Source of the DNA: an uncultured Oscillospiraceae bacterium
GTDB lineage: Bacteria > Bacillota > Clostridia > Oscillospirales > Ruminococcaceae
Length of the DNA: 64,000 bases
Assembly (NCBI GenBank): GCA_910579175.1
Contig: CAJTTB010000004.1
Coordinates: forward strand, 89,468-153,467
Direction: 5' to 3'
Position numbers and translations under genes: made by a program. Under the pieces are notes generated by a model. That model was not told where the DNA came from. It searched no databases and was given only the letters and a program-made list of their open reading frames with translations. Within the stretch, counting starts at the first letter, position 1. Each line of letters begins with the position of its first letter. This document shows, one piece after another, positions 1-9,948 of this stretch.

Positions 1-1
1 T

Positions 2-160
2 CGAATGAATGGAAAATATCGTCAGAATATTTATATTAAATGTCTGTATAACGCGGTATTCCGGACCTATTTAAAACAAAATTTAATGATTATGGGCAAA
101 CAAAAACAAATGAGGAATATTTCATTTTATGTGGATATTAATGGGGATATCAACGTATAA
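2..160 (+). CDS. priA: Primosomal protein N' (3' end only, truncated by window)
   Basis: Open frame [13 protein letters not shown]...[11 protein letters not shown] resembles the PriA C-terminus; canonical priA-def-fmt order. Confidence 0.75.
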   Translation, partial: RMNGKYRQNIYIKCLYNAVFRTYLKQNLMIMGKQKQMRNISFYVDINGDINV

Positions 161-182
161 ATATAAGAAGGAGATTTATATT

Positions 183-647
183 ATGGCAATACGCAATATA
201 TATGTAGAAGGCGAGGAAGTTTTGAGAAAAATTTCAAAGCCAGTTACAGAGTTCAATCAAAAATTATGGATCTTGTTAGATGATATGGCAGAAACGATGA
301 ATCAAGCAGATGGAGTTGGATTGGCTGCACCTCAGGTGGGAATTTTAAAGCGTGTTGTAGTGATTGATGTGGGAGAAGGCTTAATTGAACTTATCAATCC
401 CAAAATCATTGGGCAAAAGGGAAGCCAAATAGAAGCAGAAGGTTGTTTGTCTTGTCCAGGTGAATATGGAAAGGTAAAACGCCCTAGTTGGGTGTCTGTT
501 CAGGCACAAGATCGTCATGGCAATGAGATTGTGCGGGAAGGAACTGGTTTGTTGGCAGTGGCATTTTGCCATGAAATCGACCATCTGGACGGAAAAATCT
601 TTAAAGATATTGCAATTGAAATGTTGGATGTCAAATCAGAGGAGTAG
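183..647 (+). CDS. def: Peptide deformylase
   Basis: [15 protein letters not shown] and HEIDH motifs; SD AAGGAG before ATG 183 (track start 129 too early). Confidence 0.97.
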   Translation: MAIRNIYVEGEEVLRKISKPVTEFNQKLWILLDDMAETMNQADGVGLAAPQVGILKRVVVIDVGEGLIELINPKIIGQKGSQIEAEGCLSCPGEYGKVKRPSWVSVQAQDRHGNEIVREGTGLLAVAFCHEIDHLDGKIFKDIAIEMLDVKSEE

Positions 648-650
648 AGA

Positions 651-1580
651 ATGAAAATTGTGTTTATGGGTACTCCTGATTTTGCAGTACCTTGTTTAAA
701 AGCCTTAATACAACAACAAGAACAAATTGTCGGTGTTTATACACAGCCAGATAAACCAAAAGGTCGCGGTCATCAATTACAACCTCCACCAGTCAAGGTA
801 GTTGCCATGGAGCATGATATTCTTGTATTTCAGCCAAATACATTGCGCACACAAGAAGTCTATGAGCAGTTGAAACAACTGCAACCAGATATAATCATTG
901 TGGTAGCTTATGGGAAAATGCTTCCGCTTTCTATCTTGCAGCTTCCCCAATATGGTTGTATCAATGTACATGCTAGTTTGCTTCCCAAATATCGGGGAGC
1001 GGGTCCAATTCAGTGGAGTGTGCTCAATGGGGAAAAGGTAACTGGAGTAACCACCATGTATATGGCTGAAGGTATGGATACTGGGGATATGATTCTGAAG
1101 ATGGAAACACAGATTGGGGAGAATGAAACGGCATCTGAGCTGCATGATCGCTTGTCTGTAATCGGTGCAGAGGCATTGATAGAGACAATAGAACATCTGA
1201 AAGATGGAACGATTGTCCGTACAGTACAGGATGATACACGAGCGACTTATGCTCCTATGCTGAGTAAAGAACTTTCCAAGATTGATTTTACCAAATCTGC
1301 ACAAGAAGTGCACAATCAAATTAGGGGTCTATCCAGTTGGCCATGTGCAGTGACAACACTGTTGGGAAAGCGCTTGAAGGTTTATCGCTCTGAACTTGTC
1401 AAAGATAGGCAGGGAGCGCCAGGAGAAGTGTTGTCCAATCGACAGTTGATTGTTGCGTGTGGAGATGGTCATGCTGTACATCTAGCAGAAGTGCAATTTG
1501 AAAATGCAAAACGCATGAAGAGTGAAGATTTTTTGCGCGGAAGACCTTTGGCGATTGGAACGATTTGCGGTCAAATATAA
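651..1580 (+). CDS. fmt: Methionyl-tRNA formyltransferase
   Basis: MGTPDFA, NVHASLLPKYRGAGPI motifs; follows def. Confidence 0.97.
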   Translation: MKIVFMGTPDFAVPCLKALIQQQEQIVGVYTQPDKPKGRGHQLQPPPVKVVAMEHDILVFQPNTLRTQEVYEQLKQLQPDIIIVVAYGKMLPLSILQLPQYGCINVHASLLPKYRGAGPIQWSVLNGEKVTGVTTMYMAEGMDTGDMILKMETQIGENETASELHDRLSVIGAEALIETIEHLKDGTIVRTVQDDTRATYAPMLSKELSKIDFTKSAQEVHNQIRGLSSWPCAVTTLLGKRLKVYRSELVKDRQGAPGEVLSNRQLIVACGDGHAVHLAEVQFENAKRMKSEDFLRGRPLAIGTICGQI

Positions 1581-1616
1581 TATCACTGATGATAAAAAGA
1601 AAGGGGTATTTTTGGT

Positions 1617-2309
1617 ATGTTTTTTGGTATCGACCCACTTTATTTGATATTGGTTGTCCCAGCATTGATTATTTCTCTTATCGCTCAGATAAATGTGAAA
1701 TCTGCTTTTGCAAAATACAGCAGGATATTCAATTCAAAGGGGTATACAGGTTATTTGATTGCGCGTAAGATTTTAGATGATAATGGTTTACATCATGTTC
1801 AGATTGAACAGATTGCAGGTTCTTTGACCGACCATTTTGATCCAACAAAACGAGTAGTCAGATTATCCCAAACGGTATATTCCTCTAATTCTGTAGCTGC
1901 CATTGGTGTAGCAGCACATGAGGTCGGTCATGCCATTCAGCACAATGTTGGTTATTTTCCAATTAAGATTCGTTCGGCGATTGTTCCAATGACCAATATT
2001 GGTTCTTTTTTAGCATGGCCACTTGCAGTTTTGGGGATTATTTTAGGAAATGAGACACTTGCATTGGTTGGGGTTTGCCTATTTTCTTTGGTGGTATTTT
2101 TTCAATTAGTTACTTTGCCGGTGGAATTTAATGCAAGCCGTAGAGTGTTGGAAACCATTCGCAGAGAGACTATTTTGGAAGGAAATGAGTATCAAGGCGC
2201 TAAAAAAATGTTGACCGCAGCGGCATTGACCTATGTGGCGGCATTGGTTGTAGCAGTTGCCAATTTACTGAGATTATTGAGTATGGTAAACCGAAATCGA
2301 AGAAATTAA
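1617..2309 (+). CDS. Membrane zinc metallopeptidase (YugP-like)
   Basis: AAHEVGHAIQH HExxH, TLPVEFNASRR, AAALTYVA; usual position between fmt and rsmB. Confidence 0.9.
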   Translation: MFFGIDPLYLILVVPALIISLIAQINVKSAFAKYSRIFNSKGYTGYLIARKILDDNGLHHVQIEQIAGSLTDHFDPTKRVVRLSQTVYSSNSVAAIGVAAHEVGHAIQHNVGYFPIKIRSAIVPMTNIGSFLAWPLAVLGIILGNETLALVGVCLFSLVVFFQLVTLPVEFNASRRVLETIRRETILEGNEYQGAKKMLTAAALTYVAALVVAVANLLRLLSMVNRNRRN

Positions 2310-2315
2310 AAATAA

Positions 2316-2344
2316 TTGACAGAAAGCACCAAAGAAGATATGAT
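2316..2344 (+). promoter_or_regulatory. sigmaA-type promoter
   Basis: TTGACA-17-TATGAT. Confidence 0.6.
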
Positions 2345-2469
2345 GTAAATTATCTAAGTTATTTTTAATATAGGATGCTATAAATAGTGACTGGAATCAT
2401 TTATATGATTTCAGTTGATATGAAAAATCTTTGTATGGTAGCATTTCATACTTGAAAAAAAGATACCAC

Positions 2470-2616
2470 AATCCCACTGGCTTTAGACGGTGGGTGAAGG
2501 TATCCAAAAGCAAAAAAATATGGTATACTGGTATCATAAGAGAATGGATATGTCCAATCTGTGGGATAGAACATCATGGAGATATTCGTGTTGTTAGAAT
2601 GTGTTTGCGGGCATAA
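2470..2616 (+). mobile_element. IS200/IS605-family relic: end palindrome fused to tnpB C-terminal zinc-ribbon fragment
   Basis: Hairpin CCCACTG-gctttaga-CGGTGGG like IS605 subterminal palindromes; downstream frame REWICPICGIEHHGDI resembles TnpB REWxCPxCGxxHDRD. Confidence 0.7.
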
Positions 2617-2625
2617 AGTCAGAGG

Positions 2626-2690
2626 GATATTTTTTTGATTTTGCTAACCGCCAATCAAATTGGCTGTTTCACCATAAAAAACAAGTGAAA
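2626..2690. repeat. Dispersed imperfect palindromic repeat, copy 1
   Basis: gctaaccgccaatcaaattggctg...aaaaaca..gtgaa similar to 9653-9718. Confidence 0.6.
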
Positions 2691-2705
2691 AAGTAGGATG
2701 AAAAT

Positions 2706-4022
2706 ATGAAAAATGAAAGACAATTGGCGTTGGAAATATTGTTAAAAATTTATCGTGATAAGGGGTATTCCAACCTAACACTTTCTAAAATGCTTTCTAG
2801 AAATGATGGACTGAATCAGGCGTTTATCACTGCTTTGATTTATGGTGTGATTGAACGAGATTTGACACTAGCGCATATGATTGGTCAATATTCCAAACAA
2901 AAAATAGAAAAATTGGATTTAGAGGTGCTGTTGATTTTAAAGATGGGACTATACCAAATTTTATATATGGATAGTGTTCCAGATAATGCAGCAGTTGACG
3001 AAAGTGTAAAACTCTGTTATGATACCAAAAAAGTGAGTGCAAAGGGTTTTGTAAATGGAATCCTTCGCAATTTTATTCGAGATGGCAAAAAATTGTGTAT
3101 TCAGCAAACTGACGATTTAAAATCATTGAGTATTGCTTATTCGTGCCCATTGTGGTTGGTGCAAAAATGGACAGAAGAATATTCTTATGAGGTAACCAAA
3201 CGGTTTTTACAGGCTTCTATTGGACGTCCACCTCTGACGATTCGCGTCAATACCTTAAAAATCACAACAGAAGAATTGTGCCAAAAATTAATTAAAAAAC
3301 ACATTCAAGTGACCGTTAGCCCTGATATAGAGAACTGTTTGATTCTTGATAAAACAAAAAGTTTAGAACAGTTGGAAGCGTTTCAGAATGGACTTTTTTA
3401 TGTGCAGGATATTGCTTCTCAAATTTGTGTAAAGTTAGCACAAGTAAAACCAAATACTCGTGTATTTGATATGTGTGCTGCTCCGGGTTCTAAATCCTTT
3501 ACCATGGCACAGTATATGCAAAATCAAGGAGAACTGTTTTCATTTGACCTTTATGAACACAAGTTGCAGTTGATTGAAAAAACAGCACAAAGATTGGGTA
3601 TTTCTAATTTAAGGGTACAACGACAAGATGCCTGTCAATACAATGCAAAACTGGGTCAGGCAGATACTGTGCTTTGTGATGTACCCTGTGCAGGTTTGGG
3701 AATTATTCGCAGAAAACCTGAAATTAAATATAAATCGAAACAGGAGATTGAAAAACTGCCAGAAATACAATACCAAATTTTATCAAATTCATCTTCTTAT
3801 GTAAAATCTGGGGGATTTTTGATCTATTCTACCTGTTCTGTCAATCAAGAAGAAAATCAGCAGGTAGCACAGCGCTTTTTAAAAGAACATACAGATTTTA
3901 TGCCTGTTCCAATTCCAGAATCCATGAAAGGATTTGGCATAATACAAGAGTATCAAATTACATTATTACCGCAGTTTATCAACAGTGATGGATTTTTTGT
4001 CGCACGTTTTAAAAGAAAGTAG
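2706..4022 (+). CDS. rsmB: 16S rRNA m5C967 methyltransferase
   Basis: NusB-like N-terminus, DMCAAPGSK, DVPC, YSTCS. Confidence 0.96.
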   Translation: MKNERQLALEILLKIYRDKGYSNLTLSKMLSRNDGLNQAFITALIYGVIERDLTLAHMIGQYSKQKIEKLDLEVLLILKMGLYQILYMDSVPDNAAVDESVKLCYDTKKVSAKGFVNGILRNFIRDGKKLCIQQTDDLKSLSIAYSCPLWLVQKWTEEYSYEVTKRFLQASIGRPPLTIRVNTLKITTEELCQKLIKKHIQVTVSPDIENCLILDKTKSLEQLEAFQNGLFYVQDIASQICVKLAQVKPNTRVFDMCAAPGSKSFTMAQYMQNQGELFSFDLYEHKLQLIEKTAQRLGISNLRVQRQDACQYNAKLGQADTVLCDVPCAGLGIIRRKPEIKYKSKQEIEKLPEIQYQILSNSSSYVKSGGFLIYSTCSVNQEENQQVAQRFLKEHTDFMPVPIPESMKGFGIIQEYQITLLPQFINSDGFFVARFKRK

Positions 4023-4054
4023 TGTTTGTATCATTTGGGGTGAGGAGAGTCATT

Positions 4055-5098
4055 TTGGAGAAAATTGATATTAAGTCATTGACCATACAAGAGCTGGAAG
4101 AGATACTAATTCAGTGGAATCAACCCAAGTTTCGGGCGAAACAGATTTTTGATTGGCTACATAAAAAAAGAGTGCTTTCTTTTTCAGAGATGACCAATCT
4201 TCCAGAAAAGTTGCGGGAAATATTACAGTCGGAATGTCAAATTACCGTTTTAAATATGCAAAACAAGTTGGTTTCTAAGATAGATGGAACAGTAAAATAT
4301 TTATATCAGTTATCGGATAAAGAGTGTGTAGAAAGTGTTTTGATGAAATATCGGCATGGCAATAGCATTTGTATTTCTACACAGGTGGGCTGTAAGATGG
4401 GTTGTGCATTTTGTGCCTCTACAAAAGCGGGATTTGTACGCAATTTGACTACCAGTGAAATATTACAACAGATTTATCAGACCGAGCAGGATTTAAGTTT
4501 ACGCATTTCCCATGTCGTTTTGATGGGAATTGGGGAACCTTTAGATAATTATCACAATGTTGTAACCTTTTTGCAGTTGATTCATTCTCCATTTGGTGCT
4601 AATATCAGTTTGAGGAATATTTCATTGTCTACTTGTGGTGTGGTGGATAAAATCAACCAGTTGGCAGAACTAAAGTTGGGTATTACCTTGTCGGTTTCTC
4701 TTCATGCCAGCAGCGATCAGGTGCGCAGCCAATTGATGCCAATTAATCAAAAGTGGAATATTGAACAATTATTAAAGGCGTGTAAATACTATACAAATAT
4801 GACCGGCAGAAGAATTTCATTTGAATATGCCTTGATTCAAGGAGAAAATGACAGTATAAAAGCAGCAAATCAGCTTGCGGATTTATTAAAGGGACAGTTG
4901 TGCCATGTCAATTTGATTCCAGTGAATGAAGTACATGAAACAACGTTTCAAAAAACAAATAGAAATCATATTTATCAATTTCAAAAGGCGTTGGAACAAC
5001 GCGGAATCAATGCGACGATTCGCAGGACATTGGGAGCAGATATCAATGCAGCCTGCGGGCAATTGCGTAGGGATTCGATATATTCAAACTCAAAATGA
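4055..5098 (+). CDS. rlmN: Radical SAM rRNA methyltransferase
   Basis: CKMGCAFC, MGIGEPL, AACGQL; SD GAGGAG before TTG 4055. Confidence 0.96.
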   Translation: MEKIDIKSLTIQELEEILIQWNQPKFRAKQIFDWLHKKRVLSFSEMTNLPEKLREILQSECQITVLNMQNKLVSKIDGTVKYLYQLSDKECVESVLMKYRHGNSICISTQVGCKMGCAFCASTKAGFVRNLTTSEILQQIYQTEQDLSLRISHVVLMGIGEPLDNYHNVVTFLQLIHSPFGANISLRNISLSTCGVVDKINQLAELKLGITLSVSLHASSDQVRSQLMPINQKWNIEQLLKACKYYTNMTGRRISFEYALIQGENDSIKAANQLADLLKGQLCHVNLIPVNEVHETTFQKTNRNHIYQFQKALEQRGINATIRRTLGADINAACGQLRRDSIYSNSK

Positions 5099-5111
5099 AG
5101 GAGGGGAAAAC

Positions 5112-5843
5112 TTGTATATTTTTGGTAAAACCGATATTGGTAAAATGAGATCATCGAATCAGGATGTGTATTATTTCTATCAATTAAATGAACAAGCTGC
5201 CTTTGGTTTGGTTTGTGATGGTATGGGTGGAGAAAATGGAGGACACATTGCAAGTGCCATTGCTAGTAATGTGATTTATCATAGCATCATAGAACATTAT
5301 CAAGATGATATGAGTGATGATGAATATAAAAATTTATTGATTTCTTCCGTGAGCAGTGGAAATATTGCTGTTTATGATAAGTCTTTAGAAAATCAACACT
5401 ATATGGGTATGGGGACGACTGTTGACTTACTTTTATTGGTGAAAGATAAGGCATATATTGCCCATGTTGGCGACAGTCGTGTCTATATGCTTCGTGATAA
5501 AGAGCTCTATCAGGTGACAAAGGATCACTCTATGGTGCAAACTCTTTTGGAACAGGGAAAGATTACACAAGATCAAGCACAACATCATCCACAAAAAAAT
5601 ATGATTACCCGTGCAGTTGGAGTAAGTTGTTTTGTGGACATTGATTATATTGAAATTAGCAATGTGTTGGATACCACCTTTTTGTTATGTTCAGATGGGT
5701 TGACAAATACTTGTACTGATGAGAAAATTCAAGATATATTAAATCAAACTTCTCCAGAAAAGGTATGTGATACATTGGTAACAATGGCAAACGATGCTGG
5801 TGGAATGGATAATATAACTGTTGTATATATGACAAATAGCTAA
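5112..5843 (+). CDS. stp: PP2C Ser/Thr phosphatase (Stp1/PrpC)
   Basis: DGMGG, HVGDSR, LCSDGL, GGMDNIT; SD GGAGG before TTG 5112. Confidence 0.95.
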   Translation: MYIFGKTDIGKMRSSNQDVYYFYQLNEQAAFGLVCDGMGGENGGHIASAIASNVIYHSIIEHYQDDMSDDEYKNLLISSVSSGNIAVYDKSLENQHYMGMGTTVDLLLLVKDKAYIAHVGDSRVYMLRDKELYQVTKDHSMVQTLLEQGKITQDQAQHHPQKNMITRAVGVSCFVDIDYIEISNVLDTTFLLCSDGLTNTCTDEKIQDILNQTSPEKVCDTLVTMANDAGGMDNITVVYMTNS

Positions 5844-5846
5844 GGA

Positions 5847-8003
5847 GTGAAAAAAGATTTGAATAGATATATTGGAAAGCGGCTAGACGAGCGTTATGAG
5901 ATTAAAGATTTAATCGGCATTGGCGGAATGGCTGATGTATACAGAGCCTTTGACCTCGTAGAAAAAAAAGAAGTCGCAGTTAAGATATTAAAGGAAGAAT
6001 ATCTGACAAATGAAGACTTTAAGCGTCGTTTTCGCAATGAATCAAAGGCTATCGCAGTTTTGTCCCATCCGAATATCGTAAAAATCTTTGATGTAAGTTT
6101 TGAGGATCGCATACAGTTTATTGTAATGGAATATATCAACGGAATTACATTAAAGGAATATATTGAGCAACAAAAAATTGTTTCGTGGAAAGAAGCTGTT
6201 CACTTTACTGTGCAGATACTGCGTGCATTACAACATGCTCACGATAATGGCATTGTTCATCGGGATGTAAAACCGCAAAATGTGATGCTATTACAAGATG
6301 GCACAGTAAAGGTGATGGATTTTGGGATTGCGCGTTTTGCAAGGGATAATGGCAGAACCATTTCAGAAAAGGCGATTGGTTCTGTACATTATATTAGCCC
6401 AGAACAGGCGCGTGGTGATGTGACAGATGAAAAAACAGACATTTATTCTGTAGGGGTATTATTATTTGAAATGCTGACTGGGAAGTTGCCCTTTGATGGG
6501 GATACCCCTGTAGCAGTGGCGATAAAACAAATGCAGGTGGAGGCAGAAAAACCCACCAGCTTAAATCCGAGTATTCCCGAAGGATTAGAAGAAATTGTAA
6601 TTCGTGCGATGAAAAAAGACCCTGATTTGCGCTATCAAACGGCAGCAGAAATGCTTCGGGATATTGATGAATTTAAACGAAATCCCAATATTGTATTTGA
6701 ATATAAATATTTCATTGATAATGGAGATACCAAGTATTTTGACGCGGTTGGCAGTGATGTGCCCGCAACGATCAATAAAAGCAATGGAGGAGAGAAAGCA
6801 CTTGTGAAGGAAAAAAAGCGAATTTCACCAACGATGCAGGTGTTGTTGGCGGTAACAGTTGCTTGTGTGATTATAGCTGTGATTGCAGTGGTTATTTTCT
6901 TTAATGCAATTCGGCAACCGACACCAGAGTTTCAGATGTATAATTTTATCAATCAGAAATATGAAGATATTATCAACAATTTAGATGCCTATGATAAAGC
7001 GGTTATTGTAAAGGGTTCTGAGGAATTAAGCGATCAATATGAAGCGGGATATGTAATAGACCAAGATCCCAAGCCCGGTTCTGCTGAAAAGGAAGGAACA
7101 AAAGTTACTTTGACCATTAGTTCTGGTTTAAAATCCAAAACTGTGCCAGATGTATATGGAAAGGATAAAGCAGAGGCAGAACAGGAACTTAGAAATGCAG
7201 GCTTTGAAGTGAATTTAGTGCGTACATTTAGTAAGACTATAGAAGAAAATAAAGTGATTTCTACCACTCCAGCGGCGGGAGAAACTGCAACGGTTGGGCA
7301 GGTTATCAATGTTTCTTATAGTGCAGGTGATTCTACCAATTCTGTGACAGTTCCAACTTTAATCAATATGACTGAGAATGCAGCCAAACAGCAGTTGATT
7401 TCTTTGGGATTGGTTCCAAAGGCGACTCCGAAAGATAGCGATAAACCAAAAGGAATGGTCGTCGGTCAGGCGCTGGTAGCAGGAAATGAAGTTACAATTG
7501 GGACAATTGTAGAGTTTTATGTCAGCAATGGAAAGCCTACAGAACAGAGCCAAACCATTGTGATTCCATTTGCAGCAGGTTTAATTGATGAAAGTTGTAC
7601 CTTTGATCTTACTTTGGATGGTCAAAACGTAGGTGCAGTGTCATTTAATCCCGCAAGAGATGGCAATTTTACTTGGAGTTTTAAATCATATGGAGACAAA
7701 CAGGTTGTTGTAAAGGTAAATGGCTATACATTTGCAATTATCAATATTAATTTTGATACTGGAGCACAACAGATGGAAGTACATCAGGATATTCCTAGCT
7801 TGCAAAAGCCAATTGAGCCATCTTCAGAACCGTCTTCAGAGCCGCCATCTTCAGATGTATCACCTTCTAGCCCATCCTCTAGTCCGACTTCTCCCAGTGC
7901 ACCTATGATAAATGGTCCAAGTAGTAGTCATTCTCCAGCAGGTCCTTGGGAGGATGTACCTAGCGACGATACACATCAGCCGGCAGGTCCTTGGGAAGAT
8001 TAG
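5847..8003 (+). CDS. prkC: PASTA-domain Ser/Thr kinase (PrkC/PknB/Stk1)
   Basis: GIGGMADV, HRDVKPQN, DFG; one TM helix, about 3 PASTA repeats, Pro/Ser-rich tail. Confidence 0.96.
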   Translation: MKKDLNRYIGKRLDERYEIKDLIGIGGMADVYRAFDLVEKKEVAVKILKEEYLTNEDFKRRFRNESKAIAVLSHPNIVKIFDVSFEDRIQFIVMEYINGITLKEYIEQQKIVSWKEAVHFTVQILRALQHAHDNGIVHRDVKPQNVMLLQDGTVKVMDFGIARFARDNGRTISEKAIGSVHYISPEQARGDVTDEKTDIYSVGVLLFEMLTGKLPFDGDTPVAVAIKQMQVEAEKPTSLNPSIPEGLEEIVIRAMKKDPDLRYQTAAEMLRDIDEFKRNPNIVFEYKYFIDNGDTKYFDAVGSDVPATINKSNGGEKALVKEKKRISPTMQVLLAVTVACVIIAVIAVVIFFNAIRQPTPEFQMYNFINQKYEDIINNLDAYDKAVIVKGSEELSDQYEAGYVIDQDPKPGSAEKEGTKVTLTISSGLKSKTVPDVYGKDKAEAEQELRNAGFEVNLVRTFSKTIEENKVISTTPAAGETATVGQVINVSYSAGDSTNSVTVPTLINMTENAAKQQLISLGLVPKATPKDSDKPKGMVVGQALVAGNEVTIGTIVEFYVSNGKPTEQSQTIVIPFAAGLIDESCTFDLTLDGQNVGAVSFNPARDGNFTWSFKSYGDKQVVVKVNGYTFAIININFDTGAQQMEVHQDIPSLQKPIEPSSEPSSEPPSSDVSPSSPSSSPTSPSAPMINGPSSSHSPAGPWEDVPSDDTHQPAGPWED

Positions 8004-8012
8004 GAGAAATTT

Positions 8013-8909
8013 ATGATGGAAAATCTTCAAAAGGGATTAATTGTCAAAGCATTGGGTGGTTTTTACTATGTTCAGATAAAAGATAACATCATAGAATGTC
8101 GGGCAAGAGGAATTTTTCGCAAAAAAGAATTGTCTCCCGTTGTAGGGGATTATGTAACAGTACAAAAGACTGGCTCTGACACAGGAACAATTGAGGATAT
8201 CATTGATAGAAAGAATTATCTCATTAGACCACCTTTGGCAAATTTAGATTATCTTTTGATTGTGACTTCAATTTGTGATCCAATACCCAATACAATTATC
8301 ATTGACAAGTTGATTGCAATCAGTGAATACAAACAGATTGAACCAATCATCATCATTACCAAAAACGATTTAGAAGATACCAAGGCATTACAACAGTGTT
8401 ATGAACATGCTGGCTTTACAGTATTTTCAGTAAATTATCATACCAATGAATGGGTATCAGAAATAAAGCAGCGTTTAAAGGGCTGTGTTTGTGCTTTTGT
8501 TGGAAATACTGGTGTTGGAAAATCTAGTTTTTTAAATGTGCTCTGTCCCGATTTTCAGATTAAAACAGCTCAGATTAGTCAAAAGTTGGGCAGGGGAAAA
8601 CATACAACACGTCATGTGGAATTTTATTATTTACAAGATGTTAACACTTATATAGCAGATACCCCTGGATTTAGTTCGATTGATATGTTACAATATGATT
8701 TGATCCTAAAAGATGATTTGCAATATTGTTTTCGTGAGTTTGAACCCTTTTTGGGGCGATGTAAATTTACTGGTTGTTCCCATACAGTAGAAAAAGGCTG
8801 TGCAGTCTTAGAGGCATTACAGAAGGGAGAAATTGAATCCTCCAGACATAAAAGCTATCTAGAGATGTATCAGCAAGCTAAAAACATCAAAGAATGGGAA
8901 TTAAAATGA
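8013..8909 (+). CDS. rsgA: Ribosome small subunit-dependent GTPase
   Basis: TKND, GNTGVGKS, GRGKHTT, DTPG, C-terminal CKFTGCSH...C zinc site. Confidence 0.96.
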   Translation: MMENLQKGLIVKALGGFYYVQIKDNIIECRARGIFRKKELSPVVGDYVTVQKTGSDTGTIEDIIDRKNYLIRPPLANLDYLLIVTSICDPIPNTIIIDKLIAISEYKQIEPIIIITKNDLEDTKALQQCYEHAGFTVFSVNYHTNEWVSEIKQRLKGCVCAFVGNTGVGKSSFLNVLCPDFQIKTAQISQKLGRGKHTTRHVEFYYLQDVNTYIADTPGFSSIDMLQYDLILKDDLQYCFREFEPFLGRCKFTGCSHTVEKGCAVLEALQKGEIESSRHKSYLEMYQQAKNIKEWELK

Positions 8910-8968
8910 GCTTAAAGTTGGTTGTATTCCAATTCCCCTTTTTTTAATACAATTGACTTTTTTAAGCT

Positions 8969-8993
8969 AAGGCGGACGAGTGTCCGCCTTTTT
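8969..8993 (+). terminator. Rho-independent terminator after rsgA
   Basis: GGCGGAC-gagt-GTCCGCC followed by T5. Confidence 0.8.
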
Positions 8994-9017
8994 AATTGAT
9001 AGAAGGGATTTGTTTTT

Positions 9018-9650
9018 GTGAAAACTTGCTATATTTTTGGTGCAGCTCCTATTAGCAATTATAACGATATTCAGTTACAGCTTGGACCAGAAGATATTGT
9101 CATCTGTGCTGATGGAGGCTCTCGGCACGCGGCTGCATGTGAGATTGTTCCCGATTGGATTGTCGGTGATTTTGATTCTAGTCAGATGGCAATAGACTCC
9201 TCCAATATCATTCGCGTAAAACCTGAAAAGGATAATACAGATATGGAATTGGCAATCAACCATGGTATTTCATTGGGATATCAGAACTTTGTGATATATG
9301 GCGCATTGGCAGGCAGATTTGATCATGCCATGGCAAATATCCAAATGATGGCTTCTATGATAAAACGTCAGATTCATATTACACTGGAAGATGAACAAAA
9401 TCGATGTTGGATGATACAAAATGAACAGGTTGTTTTGCAAAAAAATCGATTTCCTTATGTATCTGTTTTTTCTTTTAGTGAATATTGTTATGGTGTAACC
9501 TTAATGGGAATGAAATATCCATTGACAAATTATACTTTGACCAATGTTTCCGCTGGACTGTCGGTCAGCAATGAAATACTGGGTCAAGAGGCTTCTATTG
9601 AAGTTCAGAAAGGAATTTTATTGATTATTTGTTCGAAAGATAAAAAATAA
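9018..9650 (+). CDS. thiN: Thiamine pyrophosphokinase
   Basis: ADGG, GDFDS, KDNTD, GRFDH, YPL, VSNE motifs. Confidence 0.93.
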   Translation: MKTCYIFGAAPISNYNDIQLQLGPEDIVICADGGSRHAAACEIVPDWIVGDFDSSQMAIDSSNIIRVKPEKDNTDMELAINHGISLGYQNFVIYGALAGRFDHAMANIQMMASMIKRQIHITLEDEQNRCWMIQNEQVVLQKNRFPYVSVFSFSEYCYGVTLMGMKYPLTNYTLTNVSAGLSVSNEILGQEASIEVQKGILLIICSKDKK

Positions 9651-9652
9651 GG

Positions 9653-9718
9653 TATATTTTTTGTTATTGCGCGAACCACCAACCAAATTGGTTGCTCTGT
9701 AATCAAAAACAGTGTGAA
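9653..9718. repeat. Dispersed imperfect palindromic repeat, copy 2
   Basis: gcgaaccaccaaccaaattggttg...aaaaaca similar to 2626-2690. Confidence 0.6.
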
Positions 9719-9752
9719 TTTTCGAAAATATAAATTGGTATTTAGATTTTAA

Positions 9753-9787
9753 AAACGCCTATGTAGTTTGATACTACATAGGCGTTT
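9753..9787 (+). terminator. Terminator after thiN
   Basis: AAACGCCTATGTAGT-ttgat-ACTACATAGGCGTTT perfect stem. Confidence 0.8.
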
Positions 9788-9888
9788 ATTGGTTGATAAT
9801 CGATGATAGAAAAATTTAGATATCATAAATAAGAATTTGTTTAGCCGATTATTTTTACCCATTGGATAAAATATATTACAAGCGAGTG

Positions 9889-9916
9889 TGTAACTTTTTG
9901 GATTTGTGATCGTGTA
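9889..9916 (+). promoter_or_regulatory. ECF-type promoter, probably autoregulatory
   Basis: TGTAAC-N16-CGTGTA directly upstream of the ECF sigma gene. Confidence 0.7.
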
Positions 9917-9948
9917 TAGAATATCAGAGATAAAAGAAGGTGTATTGC

